From positions 39,599-103,598 of the forward strand of contig JBHJHA010000015.1 of assembly GCA_050331235.1 (NCBI GenBank): a stretch of DNA of 64,000 nt, read 5' to 3'. The position numbers and the translations under genes were made by a program. Source of the stretch: Leptolyngbyaceae cyanobacterium. GTDB taxonomy: Bacteria; Cyanobacteriota; Cyanobacteriia; Phormidesmidales; Phormidesmidaceae. The notes below the pieces were generated by a model. The model searched no databases. It saw only the letters and a program-made list of their open reading frames with translations, and was not told the origin of the DNA. Positions 28,208 through 38,553 of the stretch are shown here, in pieces (position 1 is the stretch's first letter; each line of letters opens with the position of its first letter).

Positions 28208-28673
28208 TGGCCGTCTCCTCTATTGTCCCCCACTATCTACTTCAGCTTAGACATTGAGAACCTGGCAGGTTACCCAGCCTAGCCATGATTGGCACATCAC
28301 TTTCCTTTCTGACTGTCAACGGAGAACTCGGATGGCTCAAAAGACCAAAAATATGTCAAAAAGCCGATTTATCTACCAAAAAATTGCCTTTTGTGTTTTG
28401 TAGTGTCAAGCATTACAAGACTTTTTCATCAGGGTGATAGGCTTACACGTTAATTAACGTCTGGCCTCATCCTTGAGCAGTTGTTCAACAACTTTTTCGG
28501 CTGTGGTCGCTGTCCCCAGCTCAAAGTGCATTGCCCCATGGAGAGCCAGAACCTCAAAACAATGGGGCTCGACCGTTGGTTTGAGGAAGTCCAATGTCAA
28601 ATCTAATTGCTGCTTGCATAGGCTTTGGCTGCTTTCGATCGCCTTCACCGTTTTGTATTAATCGCTTGAACCT

Positions 28674-30446
28674 ATGACGCTTTCTTCTCGGATTCAGCCG
28701 TTGCTCGCCAAAGTTTATCCCCCTGATGTGGTCGATGACTTACTGCCCCAGCTACAAGATCTGTTACAGCCGCACATCCAAAGCGGCAGCCGAGAAAACT
28801 GGCGCAAGTGGAGCCATGACAATGTCCTGTTGATCACCTATGGCAATAGTGTGATGGCTGATGATGGGCGATCGCCCTTAGCCGTGCTGGCTGATTTCCT
28901 GGAGACTCACCTCAAAGAGAGTATTACCGGCGTTCATATCCTGCCGTTTTTTCCCTACACCTCAGACGACGGCTTTGCCATCAAAGACTACATGACCGTT
29001 GATCCGGAACTGGGGGATTGGGAGGATATCAAGCGCATCAGCCAGTCTTTCAATCTCATGGTGGATTTGGTCATTAACCATGTCTCAGGTGAGCATCCGT
29101 GGGTCAAGCAATTTCAAGCAGGAGAACAGCCGGGCCGTGACTATTTCATCGAGGTCGAACCCGATGCTGCGGGCATTGCCGATGTCGTCCGTCCCCGGAG
29201 CTCATCGTTGTTAACCAAGCTAGACACCGTTGATGGCCCGCGTCACGTTTGGAGCACCTTTAGCAGTGATCAGCTTGACGTCAATTTTTGCAATCCCGAC
29301 GTCCTGCTGGAATATCTCAAAATCATATTGTTTTATGTGCAGGCTGGAGCCCGCTACATTCGCCTGGATGCAGTAGGCTACTTGTGGAAAGCAATGGGGA
29401 CTCGCTGCATTCACCTTCCTGAAACTCACACCATCGTGCGGCTGCTGCGGGAAGTGCTGCAGATGATTGATCCGCAGATTGCCATCATCACTGAGACCAA
29501 TGTCCCCAATCGGGAAAATCTCAGCTACTTTGGCAATCGCAACGAAGCCCACATGATTTACAACTTTAGTCTGCCGCCACTGGTGCTCAATGCGTTGATG
29601 CAGGGGAGATCGGACTATCTCAAGCAGTGGATGATGAGTATGCCCCCCGCGCCCATCGGCTGCGCCTATTTCAATTTTACGGCGTCCCACGATGGTATTG
29701 GTCTGCGCCCCACTGAAGGACTACTCACCGCCGATGAATATCAGGCGCTACTGGCAACGATGAAGCAGTTTGGCGGCAAGATTAGTATGCGGAGCCACGC
29801 CGACGGCACCGAATCGCCTTATGAAATCAACATTTCGCTGTTTGACGCCATGCAAGGTACCGTGGCCGGTAAGGACGAATGGCAGATTGAGCGATTCCTG
29901 TGCTCTCAGACCATCATGATGTCCTTAGAGGGCATTCCAGCTTTTTACATCCACAGTTTGTTGGCTACCCGCAACAACCATGACGGCGTCGCCAAAACGG
30001 GACATAATCGCACCATCAACCGTTACAAATGGGATGTTCAAGCTCTAGAAGCCGCTTTAGCTGATCCGGACTCTCCCCATGCCCAAGTCTTGTCAGAACT
30101 ATCTCGGTTGATCAAAATTCGTCGTTTGCAGCGGGCCTTTCACCCCAATGCGACCCAGTACACCCTGCACCCGTTAAATCCAGCGATTTTTGCGTTTTGG
30201 CGTCAGAGTATGGCCCGCGACCAGAGCATCTTTTCGATTCATAACTTGAGCAATCAATCGCAAAAGCTACAGCTATCTGACCTTAATTTGTTGGATACCG
30301 ACGACTGGACAGATTTGATTAGCGGCGATCGCTTCACTGCACTAGGAGATGCGTACACCATGCGCCCCTACCAGTCTTTATGGCTGACCAATAAAATTGA
30401 CTCCGCCGAAGACCACTTGACCCCTGACCCCCTATCAGTTGGCTAG
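28674..30446 (+). CDS. GH13_18 sugar phosphorylase, likely glucosylglycerate phosphorylase
   Basis: VHILPFFP, SDDGF, DLVINH, IRLDAVGY, ITETNVP, ASHDGIG, PYEIN. Confidence 0.82.
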   Translation: MTLSSRIQPLLAKVYPPDVVDDLLPQLQDLLQPHIQSGSRENWRKWSHDNVLLITYGNSVMADDGRSPLAVLADFLETHLKESITGVHILPFFPYTSDDGFAIKDYMTVDPELGDWEDIKRISQSFNLMVDLVINHVSGEHPWVKQFQAGEQPGRDYFIEVEPDAAGIADVVRPRSSSLLTKLDTVDGPRHVWSTFSSDQLDVNFCNPDVLLEYLKIILFYVQAGARYIRLDAVGYLWKAMGTRCIHLPETHTIVRLLREVLQMIDPQIAIITETNVPNRENLSYFGNRNEAHMIYNFSLPPLVLNALMQGRSDYLKQWMMSMPPAPIGCAYFNFTASHDGIGLRPTEGLLTADEYQALLATMKQFGGKISMRSHADGTESPYEINISLFDAMQGTVAGKDEWQIERFLCSQTIMMSLEGIPAFYIHSLLATRNNHDGVAKTGHNRTINRYKWDVQALEAALADPDSPHAQVLSELSRLIKIRRLQRAFHPNATQYTLHPLNPAIFAFWRQSMARDQSIFSIHNLSNQSQKLQLSDLNLLDTDDWTDLISGDRFTALGDAYTMRPYQSLWLTNKIDSAEDHLTPDPLSVG

Positions 30447-30544
30447 GGCTAGTAACACGCCACAGAGCGATCAGGCGTTGCGATGACTGAGGGTCATAGC
30501 GATATGATGAAAGACCAGCAATCGTCTCATTCAACAGGTTCACC

Positions 30545-31147
30545 ATGTCTCAGGTAACAGCGATAACAGGTCTTGGTCTTCCCCTGACCGGCGACGATAT
30601 TGATACCGATCGCATTATTCCGGCTCGGTTCTTGCGCTGTGTCACCTTTGACGGGCTGGGGCAACAGGTATTTGCCGACGATCGCGCCCAGCTTGCCGGC
30701 CAACATGCCTTTGACCAACCCCAATATCAAGGGGCTGAGATCCTCGTAGTCAATCGCAACTTTGGCTGCGGTTCCTCGCGGGAGCACGCTCCCCAGGCAA
30801 TCGCCCGCTGGGGCATCAAAGCGCTGATTGGCGAGAGCTTTGCGGAAATCTTTATGGGTAACTGTGTGGCTATGGGGGTGCCCTGTGTGACGGTTACCGC
30901 TGAGGTGGCCACCGCCCTGCAAACACAAATTACTGAGGCTCCTCAAAACCCCCTGACGCTCAATCTAGACTCGATGACCGTTAAGATGGGGGATTTTTCG
31001 GCTGCGGTGGCAATCGCTAGTGGTCCCCGGCAGATGTTTCTCGAGGGGACTTGGGATGCTTGTGGTCAATTGGTGGCCCAGAAGGAGGCAATTCAAACCA
31101 CGGCCGCTCAGTTGCCCTATGTGGAATGGCAGCGGCAGTCGGCTTAA
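30545..31147 (+). CDS. leuD: 3-isopropylmalate dehydratase small subunit
   Basis: DIDTDRIIPARFL, NFGCGSSREHAP, SFAEIF. Confidence 0.95.
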   Translation: MSQVTAITGLGLPLTGDDIDTDRIIPARFLRCVTFDGLGQQVFADDRAQLAGQHAFDQPQYQGAEILVVNRNFGCGSSREHAPQAIARWGIKALIGESFAEIFMGNCVAMGVPCVTVTAEVATALQTQITEAPQNPLTLNLDSMTVKMGDFSAAVAIASGPRQMFLEGTWDACGQLVAQKEAIQTTAAQLPYVEWQRQSA

Positions 31148-31200
31148 GGTAGAGCAGACATCCGTCCCGGCAAAGTCCGCCCCGATACAACGCTGTGGCT

Positions 31201-33728
31201 TTATGCGAGCCGCTTGAGCAAAACGGCCTGACTGTCGCCTAGAGAGAATGCTGTAGGCATGGCCTCGTCAATTGCGAGGGATAACCCGGGGGAGGCGATC
31301 GCGACTTGCCATTCGGCCGGATCAATCTGTAGCCAGTCCCCTAGGGGGATTTCTAGGGAGTCGCCGCCCATGTGGGTCACCATGGCAACCTGATAAAGCG
31401 ATGACGAATCGCTGTTGGGAGCCGTTCTTAACCCGTAAAAAATTGTTTGTTCATCCGTATTGATGCGGTTGAAGCGATCAAGGTTGGACAAGTTCTCTCG
31501 CAGCCAAGGGTGAGCCTGCCGAAACCGTCGCAAGGCCAAGTTGTAAGCCACTTGCTCAGGCTCCAACGTATCTTGCTGGAGCCAAACATTACAGAGCTCA
31601 TGGGCATCTTCCATAAAGTTATGGGCAAACTCCTTCAGCTTGGCCACCGTTAGCTCCGTCAGCACCATCGACTTGTCAGGGACGTTGAGTTTCTGGAGTT
31701 CCTGTGCTGATTTGGGCTGGGTGACTGCGGCGGTAGTGCTGTCGGTGTTGGGGCTAGCGGTAATGTACTCCTGACACAAATTGGCGACTTGGTCTAGGTC
31801 ATAGCCGGTTTCTTCGATCGCGCTGTAGAGCCCCCGAACGAATTGCCGCAGCTCCGGCAGTTTGCCAAAGTCCATCGCCTTCAACCGAGGAAAAATATTT
31901 GGCCAGTCGTAGGTTTCGGGGATAATTTGCCAATCTAAGAAGCCTCCAATTTCCTCCGCGACGACCTTGACGCCGTAGCGATCGTCGGTATTGCGTAAAA
32001 AGCCCCATGGAGCTCGCATTGTACAGTTGATGAAATCCATCGGTAGCCCAGGACTAAAGCCGTAGGTCATCAGCGCGATCGCAGGATTGTCGTAGGCATT
32101 GTTCAACACTTCTGGTAGGCTGTGGCCGAGATTCCAGTTAATGGCTAACGCTGGATCAACCTGGGTGCCGCGTCGCAGCGTATCGTGATTGCCGCAGCCC
32201 GTGATCCACTGCGCCCCCAGTTGCATCTGCTCAGTGACACGTCGCCATTTACGCTCCCAAAACTGACGAATGCTGGGAGTATTGTGGGCAAAAATCAGTG
32301 GCCCCCACTGAATAGCATCGGGTGTGAATTCAATAATGTCGCGATAGGTGGATATCTCCTCCCACCCCTCGGCTGGCCAAGGTCGCCCGTCTTCAAAGAT
32401 CGTGAATGGTTGCCGTACACTATCTCCGCTCGCTTGCAGCACCTCAGCCATATCACTCAGGTAGTTGTCGTCATACTCCACCCGTCCGGAGATGGGGTTA
32501 AAGAACTTGAAATCTTGGGCCCCGTCAACCCGTACTCCGTCGACCCCGGTATTGTTTTTGCGGCGCTGCATTTCGAGAAAATTGCCCGCACTGTTGGATT
32601 TTGATGATTGACATCTTGCCCGTACATATTGGGCCCTTTCAGAAAGCGCCCATTGAGCAAGTCGATCGCTTGGTTATCAGCATGGCCGTAGACCACGTCA
32701 TAAATCACCTGAATCGGCCCAGTTGGAAAGGTGTGCAGCGTTTCGATGAATTCCACCAGCTCGTCGGGGCGCAGGGTTTCTAACACGGAGGGATCGGTTG
32801 CTGAGCAGCCAAAGATCACAATGTCATATCCCCAGTTTTCGGTATCCGGCTTTTTGAGCGTGACGGCAATATCTTCCTTTTCTCGCTCAATTTCTTCCGT
32901 TTCGGGGTCCATGGTGTAAGTGTCTTCATCGCGGATGATGAAAAATCCCTGTCCTAATTCATACTGCCCGCGATATTCCACCGTGGGCTCAATGGGTAAA
33001 AGCTGGACCGCGTCGTAACCGATAAAGTTTTGCTCAGCCGGGGTTAATGGCTCCTGCTGTTGTAGTTTTTGGGCGATCGCCCGGTAAGTGGCGGTAAGGC
33101 CGCTGAGATAGCGGTTGGGCGAGGCCGTATTGACATGTAGCTGCAAAATGTTGGTGGGCGGATGCACTCGCATCACGCCATTTTCATCCTTGTCGCCTTG
33201 GGCGAAATAGGCCAGATCGGCGCGATCGCGCTGTAGCCGTGACATATCGTACAGTTCGGCAGGGGCATAAACGCCATAGGGCAGCGAGTAAGCTAAGCAA
33301 TCGCCGATGACGCGGACCTCATTGGTATTGATGTCGAGGTATCGCAGCCGATAAAACGAGCCAAATTCCGTCTTGGTGCCCGGCTTCATCCCCGATACTA
33401 CGCCCCAAAAATATTCCCCTTGCTTTGCGAGTTCCACCTGATCTCGCCGAAAGATCGCCGTTTGGGTGGGCCGGGTTGGGTCGATGGCGGTTTTAGGCGT
33501 AAATATCTCTAAAAAGATGTTCTTAGGCTGCACCATGTCAGCGCCGAGTTCCGGTGCCCGAAAACCAACTTCAGTGAACCCGTCTGCCCGATAGTGCGCT
33601 CCCAATCGAGTCGCTAGGGTTTGGGCTTTATGAAACAGCGTTTCTTCAGACTGTTGGACCGCTTCAGCCCAATCTAGCAGTGTCTGAGTTTCCGTTTCTA
33701 ACCGTTGAATGCGGTTAACAGCAACCAT
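31201..33728 (-). pseudogene. gghA: Glucosylglycerol hydrolase (Slr1670-like), frameshifted at about 32580
   Basis: LATRLGAHY, NWGYD, YDVVYGHADNQ, then DGVRVDGAQDF and WGPLIFAHNTP in the next frame; one base missing in a T-run (att tt- ctc gaa atg); AGGAG RBS before 33728. Confidence 0.78.
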
Positions 33729-33834
33729 GTAGAAATCTCCTGTAGGGCACGAACAGCCGTCAGTGGTTTGTACAAACACGCAACAGCACGCCATCGACGA
33801 TCAACAACGTGCTGGTCAGATTATGTCAATGGGC

Positions 33835-36087
33835 TTATTGATCAAGCTTAAACACCGCTACGCCCAGCGGGGGCAGCGTTAAACTTAGCGCCTGGGGCCA
33901 GCGGGGATGATCCCACTGGTGGCTCTGTTTGCCGCCCAAATTAGTAACCCCGCTACCGCCATATTTTTGTGCGTCACTATTGATCAATTCACGGTAATAG
34001 CCAGACTGCGGTACACCGACCCAGTAGTCATAGAGGGGTTGAGGGGTAAAGTTGCACACCGTCACAATAAATTGCTCGGAGTATTTGTCCCGCCGGATAA
34101 AGGTGACCACACTGTTGTCAGCGTCGTTGCACTCAATCCACTCAAAACCATCATGGGAAAAGTCATCGGTGTACAACGCGGGTTCCTGCTGATACAGGGC
34201 ATTGAGATCAGCCACGAACTGCTTCAGTTTTTGATGAGGTTCATAGTTGAGTAGGCTCCAGTTTAGGTCTAGCCAAGCGTTCCACTCCGTAGTCTGGCCG
34301 AACTCCATACCCATGAACAGGGTCTTTTTGCCGGGATGGGTGAACATGTAGGCAAAGAGCGATCGCAAATTGGCAAACTTTTGCCAATCGTCCCCCGGCA
34401 TTTTTTGAAACAGATTGCCTTTACCGTGCACGACCTCATCGTGGGAGAGGGCCAGCATGAAGTTTTCGCTAAAGGCATACCAAATTGAAAACGTGATGTT
34501 GTTGTGGTGATAGCGCCGGTGAATTGGGTCTTCGTGGAAGTAGTGGAGCATGTCGTGCATCCAGCCCATGTTCCATTTGAGGTTAAAGCCGAGTCCCCCT
34601 ACATAGGTTGGTCGCGACACATTGGGCCAAGCGGTGGACTCTTCGGCAATGGAAAGCACGCCGGGATAATACCCAAAAATTAAGTAGTTGAGCTGCCGCA
34701 AAAAGTCGACCGCCTCTAAGTTTTCGTTGCCGCCGTAGTGATTGGCGACCCACTGGCCATCTTCGCGATCGTAGTCAAGGTAAAGCATCGACGCTACGGC
34801 ATCTACTCGAATACCGTCGATGTGGTACTTGTCAAACCAAAAGAGCGCGTTGGCAATCAAAAAGTTTTTGACTTCATGACGTGAATAGTTGAATACCAGC
34901 GTGCCCCACTCCTTGTGCTCGCCTCGGCGCGGATCCTCATGCTCATAAAGATGGCTTCCATCAAAGTAAGCGAGGCCATGGCTATCTTTGGGAAAGTGGC
35001 CGGGTACCCAGTCGACGATGACCCCAATGCCATGGGCATGGCATTGATCTACAAAGTACATAAAGTCTTGGGGAGAACCAAAGCGAGAGGTGGGGGCATA
35101 GTGACCTGCCACCTGATATCCCCATGAGCCGTCATAGGGGTGCTCAGCAACTGGCAGCACCTCAATGTGGGTATAGCCCAGTTCTTTGACGTAGGGAATG
35201 AGTCGCTGAGCTAACTCACGGTAGGTAAGAAACCGCGCTCCCGGCTTTTGGTCCACCGGCACCGTGTAGCTGCTACCTGGCGGTGGATTTTCGATGCTGT
35301 CGTGAATCCACGAACCCAAATGCACCTCATAGACGGAGATTGGCTGCTCTTGGGGATTAGTCTGACGACGCTGCTCCAGCCAGTCTTGGTCTTGCCACTC
35401 GTAGGTGAGGTCAGCCACGATAGATGCCGTGTCGGGTCGCACCTGCTGCTGAAAGCCGTAGGGATCGGACTTTAAATAGAGATGCCCTGACTGGTTTTTG
35501 ATCTCATATTTGTAGATTTCGCCTACTTGCAGTTCGGGAATAAACAGATCCCAAACGCCGCCGCTTAGCATCCGCATCTGGTGCTTGCGGCCGTCCCAAC
35601 TGTTGAAGTTACCCACAATCGAAACGTTACGGGCGTTGGGTGCCCAAACCGCAAAGTAAACGCCTCGTACCCCCTCAACCTCGACCGGATGAGCCCCCAT
35701 CTTTTCGTAAATCAGATGGTGGTTGCCTTCCACAAACAAATGAATATCAAAATCGGTAAGCAGCGGAGACTTGAATGCATAAGGGTCCCGCATGATCCGC
35801 TCATGACCGTCTTCCTTTATTTTGATGCGGTAGTTGCGGTCCTCTGCACCAGGGATTTCACATTCAAAAAAGTGAGGGTGATAAACCGCCTGCATAGGAT
35901 ACTCTTGGCGATCTCCCGGATGCACAATCCAAGCGGCTTCAGCATCGGGTAGATAGGCTCGCACCACCCAGCTGGAGTGACCGTTGTCCGAGGCTAGGGA
36001 ATGACAGCCTAAAATCTCAAACGGGTTGCTATGGCGATTTTCGACAACGCTATAGACCAGTTCGGGGGAAAGAGATGCAGTTGGCAT
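33835..36087 (-). CDS. glgB: 1,4-alpha-glucan branching enzyme
   Basis: FAVWAPNA, YEVHLGSW, SWGYQ, DWVPGHF, DGIRVDAVASM, AEEST, LSHDEVVHGK. Confidence 0.96.
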   Translation of the reverse strand: MPTASLSPELVYSVVENRHSNPFEILGCHSLASDNGHSSWVVRAYLPDAEAAWIVHPGDRQEYPMQAVYHPHFFECEIPGAEDRNYRIKIKEDGHERIMRDPYAFKSPLLTDFDIHLFVEGNHHLIYEKMGAHPVEVEGVRGVYFAVWAPNARNVSIVGNFNSWDGRKHQMRMLSGGVWDLFIPELQVGEIYKYEIKNQSGHLYLKSDPYGFQQQVRPDTASIVADLTYEWQDQDWLEQRRQTNPQEQPISVYEVHLGSWIHDSIENPPPGSSYTVPVDQKPGARFLTYRELAQRLIPYVKELGYTHIEVLPVAEHPYDGSWGYQVAGHYAPTSRFGSPQDFMYFVDQCHAHGIGVIVDWVPGHFPKDSHGLAYFDGSHLYEHEDPRRGEHKEWGTLVFNYSRHEVKNFLIANALFWFDKYHIDGIRVDAVASMLYLDYDREDGQWVANHYGGNENLEAVDFLRQLNYLIFGYYPGVLSIAEESTAWPNVSRPTYVGGLGFNLKWNMGWMHDMLHYFHEDPIHRRYHHNNITFSIWYAFSENFMLALSHDEVVHGKGNLFQKMPGDDWQKFANLRSLFAYMFTHPGKKTLFMGMEFGQTTEWNAWLDLNWSLLNYEPHQKLKQFVADLNALYQQEPALYTDDFSHDGFEWIECNDADNSVVTFIRRDKYSEQFIVTVCNFTPQPLYDYWVGVPQSGYYRELINSDAQKYGGSGVTNLGGKQSHQWDHPRWPQALSLTLPPLGVAVFKLDQ

Positions 36088-36466
36088 AAGTTGAAGACGA
36101 AAGTAGGTATCAGGCGAAAATTGCACTTTGCACAGGACTCGTATCGCTGGCGCCTAGGCTGGCCGCCAACTCAATCAGTCAGATCAGCGATGACCAGCTA
36201 AAAAAGTTGCTCGATGGCAGTGCGCTACCTAATCTTTAGAAGATTGTTGAGAAAATAGACATCTATCAGGGGAATGACTTCGTCCATGTGAACCCATTAG
36301 ATATCAGCAAGCTGGCATTGTCGAGCGATCGCGGTTGGTTGTGATGACTCAGCTGGTGAGGTCAGACCGGCAAATCAACTTTTATCGTTTTTAATCGCAA
36401 AAGCCTCATGTAGCGCAAGTCATCTTTGACTGCAACTCATCCATCTTGAGAGTTTGCACAATTTAA

Positions 36467-36512
36467 TGTAAAATTAGATACATAAAACACGATTTTTGTG
36501 TATCTCACTACA
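36467..36512. promoter_or_regulatory. NtcA-type binding site(s)
   Basis: TGTA-AAATTAGA-TACA (36467-82, exact GTA-N8-TAC) and TGTG-TATCTCAC-TACA (36497-512). Confidence 0.55.
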
Positions 36513-36559
36513 TTTGCGATCACAAAAAGTCACGTGATTCCTCCCATGAGCACATCAGT

Positions 36560-36799
36560 ATGAATATCTATCCTGGCTGTTTACTGAGGCCCCGTGTTAA
36601 TCGCGAGCGTCAGACTAATCGGTATCCGGTTTGTCATCTGGCTTATGCAAAAAACACCTGGGTTAATCTTTGGCAAAGCCCCAGTTCCCGTGGGATTAAG
36701 CTGGCCCAGCTCCTGTGTCAAGAGTCTCTCTCGACGTGGATTGCTTGGATTCCCAACCATGGTGAAGTGGTGCTGGACCGCAGCCAGTTTTATTGCTAG
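36560..36799 (+). CDS. Small conserved cyanobacterial hypothetical protein
   Basis: LLCQES..WIAWIPNHGEVVLDRSQFYC motif. Confidence 0.6.
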   Translation: MNIYPGCLLRPRVNRERQTNRYPVCHLAYAKNTWVNLWQSPSSRGIKLAQLLCQESLSTWIAWIPNHGEVVLDRSQFYC

Positions 36800-36849
36800 C
36801 CCCAGTCGGCCATCCCGCCCTTAACTTTGACGCTATCAGCGGAAGTAAA

Positions 36850-37305
36850 TTAGGTCTCCATTAGCCTAACTGGTGCTTTGAGGAATGCTGCCAACCCCTC
36901 TGGCACTAAAGCGATTTCTGATTGTTCCAGCTCTGCGAGCGATCGCCAAGCCGCGGTAAAGGTCCGTTTGCCCTCGGTTACGGTTAACGTTGGTTGCGCG
37001 TACAGTTGCTCATCAACAAACTTACCGTCATACACAAAAACAATTTCGTGGCCCTGTGCGCCTTCGTAGTGGTAAAGCGACTCTAGGATGCAGACCTGCT
37101 CAACGTGGTAAATTTCCGCGTCTAGCTCTTCGCGAATTTCTCGGATTACGGCATCACGACTGTGCTCTCCAAAGTCAATGCCGCCGCCCAATGGCCTAGC
37201 AAATTGAGTGCCTTTGACGGTATCTGTTTTCTCCCGGACCAGGATGCGATCGCCCCGGCGAAACAAACAAACTGCGATTGGCCGGATGCGTGGTTTCTTT
37301 CCCAT
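36850..37305 (-). CDS. NUDIX hydrolase
   Basis: GGGIDFGEHSRDAVIREIREEL Nudix box. Confidence 0.9.
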   Translation of the reverse strand: MGKKPRIRPIAVCLFRRGDRILVREKTDTVKGTQFARPLGGGIDFGEHSRDAVIREIREELDAEIYHVEQVCILESLYHYEGAQGHEIVFVYDGKFVDEQLYAQPTLTVTEGKRTFTAAWRSLAELEQSEIALVPEGLAAFLKAPVRLMET

Positions 37306-37797
37306 CGTGATCTATCAATGACGCCGTTCCCATCATGGCCGATCAGACAGCTTAGAACGTCAGTAAAAAGATACAGGCAACAACCCTATCCACTGTTGGG
37401 ATGCTGGGGGTGATCGTGGCAGTAAATGCCAACCTGAGCAACAGCTGCCGGAAAGCTGCTTCGAAGTTTACTCGCTAGCCCCTAGACGGGGCTTGCTAAG
37501 CGATCGCACTTCAACTGGGTAAGCAAAGCCATTGGCCTATTTAGTAGCCATTGTTACCAGGAAATCTATTAGCCGATAGAGGATGGGTAATCTGAGAGTA
37601 AGCAAGAATTTGAATAGAAGTTGCGATCGCTGACGACTTGACATGACCCAGGTAGTTTACTGAGACATCTCAAAGTCGGTGAGAAGAACGCTCTCTGAGA
37701 ATCGTTGGTTGGGAGAATTCTGGGTCACCCTGCCAGCTTCATCAATGCATTAATTCAGTTTTTAATATGCTCAGTCCTTTAGTTTTATTCGACCACA

Positions 37798-37959
37798 ATG
37801 AGAAAATTGCTTGATAAACTTGACTCTTACTTTGCCGCTGCGGCGATTGTCATTGCTGGACTCACGGTCATGTCTCAAGTGCCGCATCCCTTGATTCCGA
37901 TCAACTTACCCACATTTAACGTGGCGGCTCTTTCGGACCAATTGACCGATTGGGACTAG
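37798..37959 (+). CDS. Putative small (53 aa) single-TM protein
   Basis: Hand translation MRKLLDKLDSYFAAAAIVIAGLTVMSQVPHPLIPINLPTFNVAALSDQLTDWD; below the ORF-track cutoff. Confidence 0.45.
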   Translation: MRKLLDKLDSYFAAAAIVIAGLTVMSQVPHPLIPINLPTFNVAALSDQLTDWD

Positions 37960-38356
37960 ACAACCTGACTAGTCAACGCATCGTCAGGACTAGTGGCCGC
38001 GGGTCTTGCCTCAACCAACAATAGGCTGATGGCTCACTCCAATCCGAGCAGGATCACTACGTTGAAGTGAGACTTGAGAACAGTATCAGAGACCTCTGTG
38101 CACCATTCGTTTTGGTGCAAATATTAACTCGGATTTAATCTTGCCGATGGGGCCTGAGTGGGCGATCGCAGCTGGCAGTTGTCCCTAGGCGGTTGCCAAA
38201 TTCAAACTTTTTTGCTGAAATAACAATTGACAAGGCTATATTCCTAACTCCTGCACCATAGATAAGCGCCAATACTTTATCAAGTTTGTCTGCTGCCCTG
38301 TGCTGCAAATAGGACTTGGCTGAAGTCGTTATCTCCTATAACTCCTGTATCGATTT

Positions 38357-38385
38357 GGGTTGAGCGCTGCTCAGCCCTTTTTTTT
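38357..38385 (+). terminator. Strong intrinsic terminator
   Basis: GGGTTGAGC-gct-GCTCAGCCC followed by T8. Confidence 0.85.
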
Positions 38386-38553
38386 GCGTTTGTCTTGACG
38401 GTACCGTACCGCCGCCGAGTGGCGACACATCTATCAAGGGAGTCTCATTTCTACTGGTTAGACTCTCTATACTTGCGAGAGAGTAAGGCATCAGCCATAA
38501 ACCTCCGGAGTCAGGGTTCCTCTATCTCTTGTGAGGTCCTTAGAGAAGTCAAT

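Noticed and set aside
32571..32585. Programmed frameshift or phase variation in gghA
   Set aside because: One base is missing in a 4-nt homopolymer, typical of a consensus error and too short for a contingency tract
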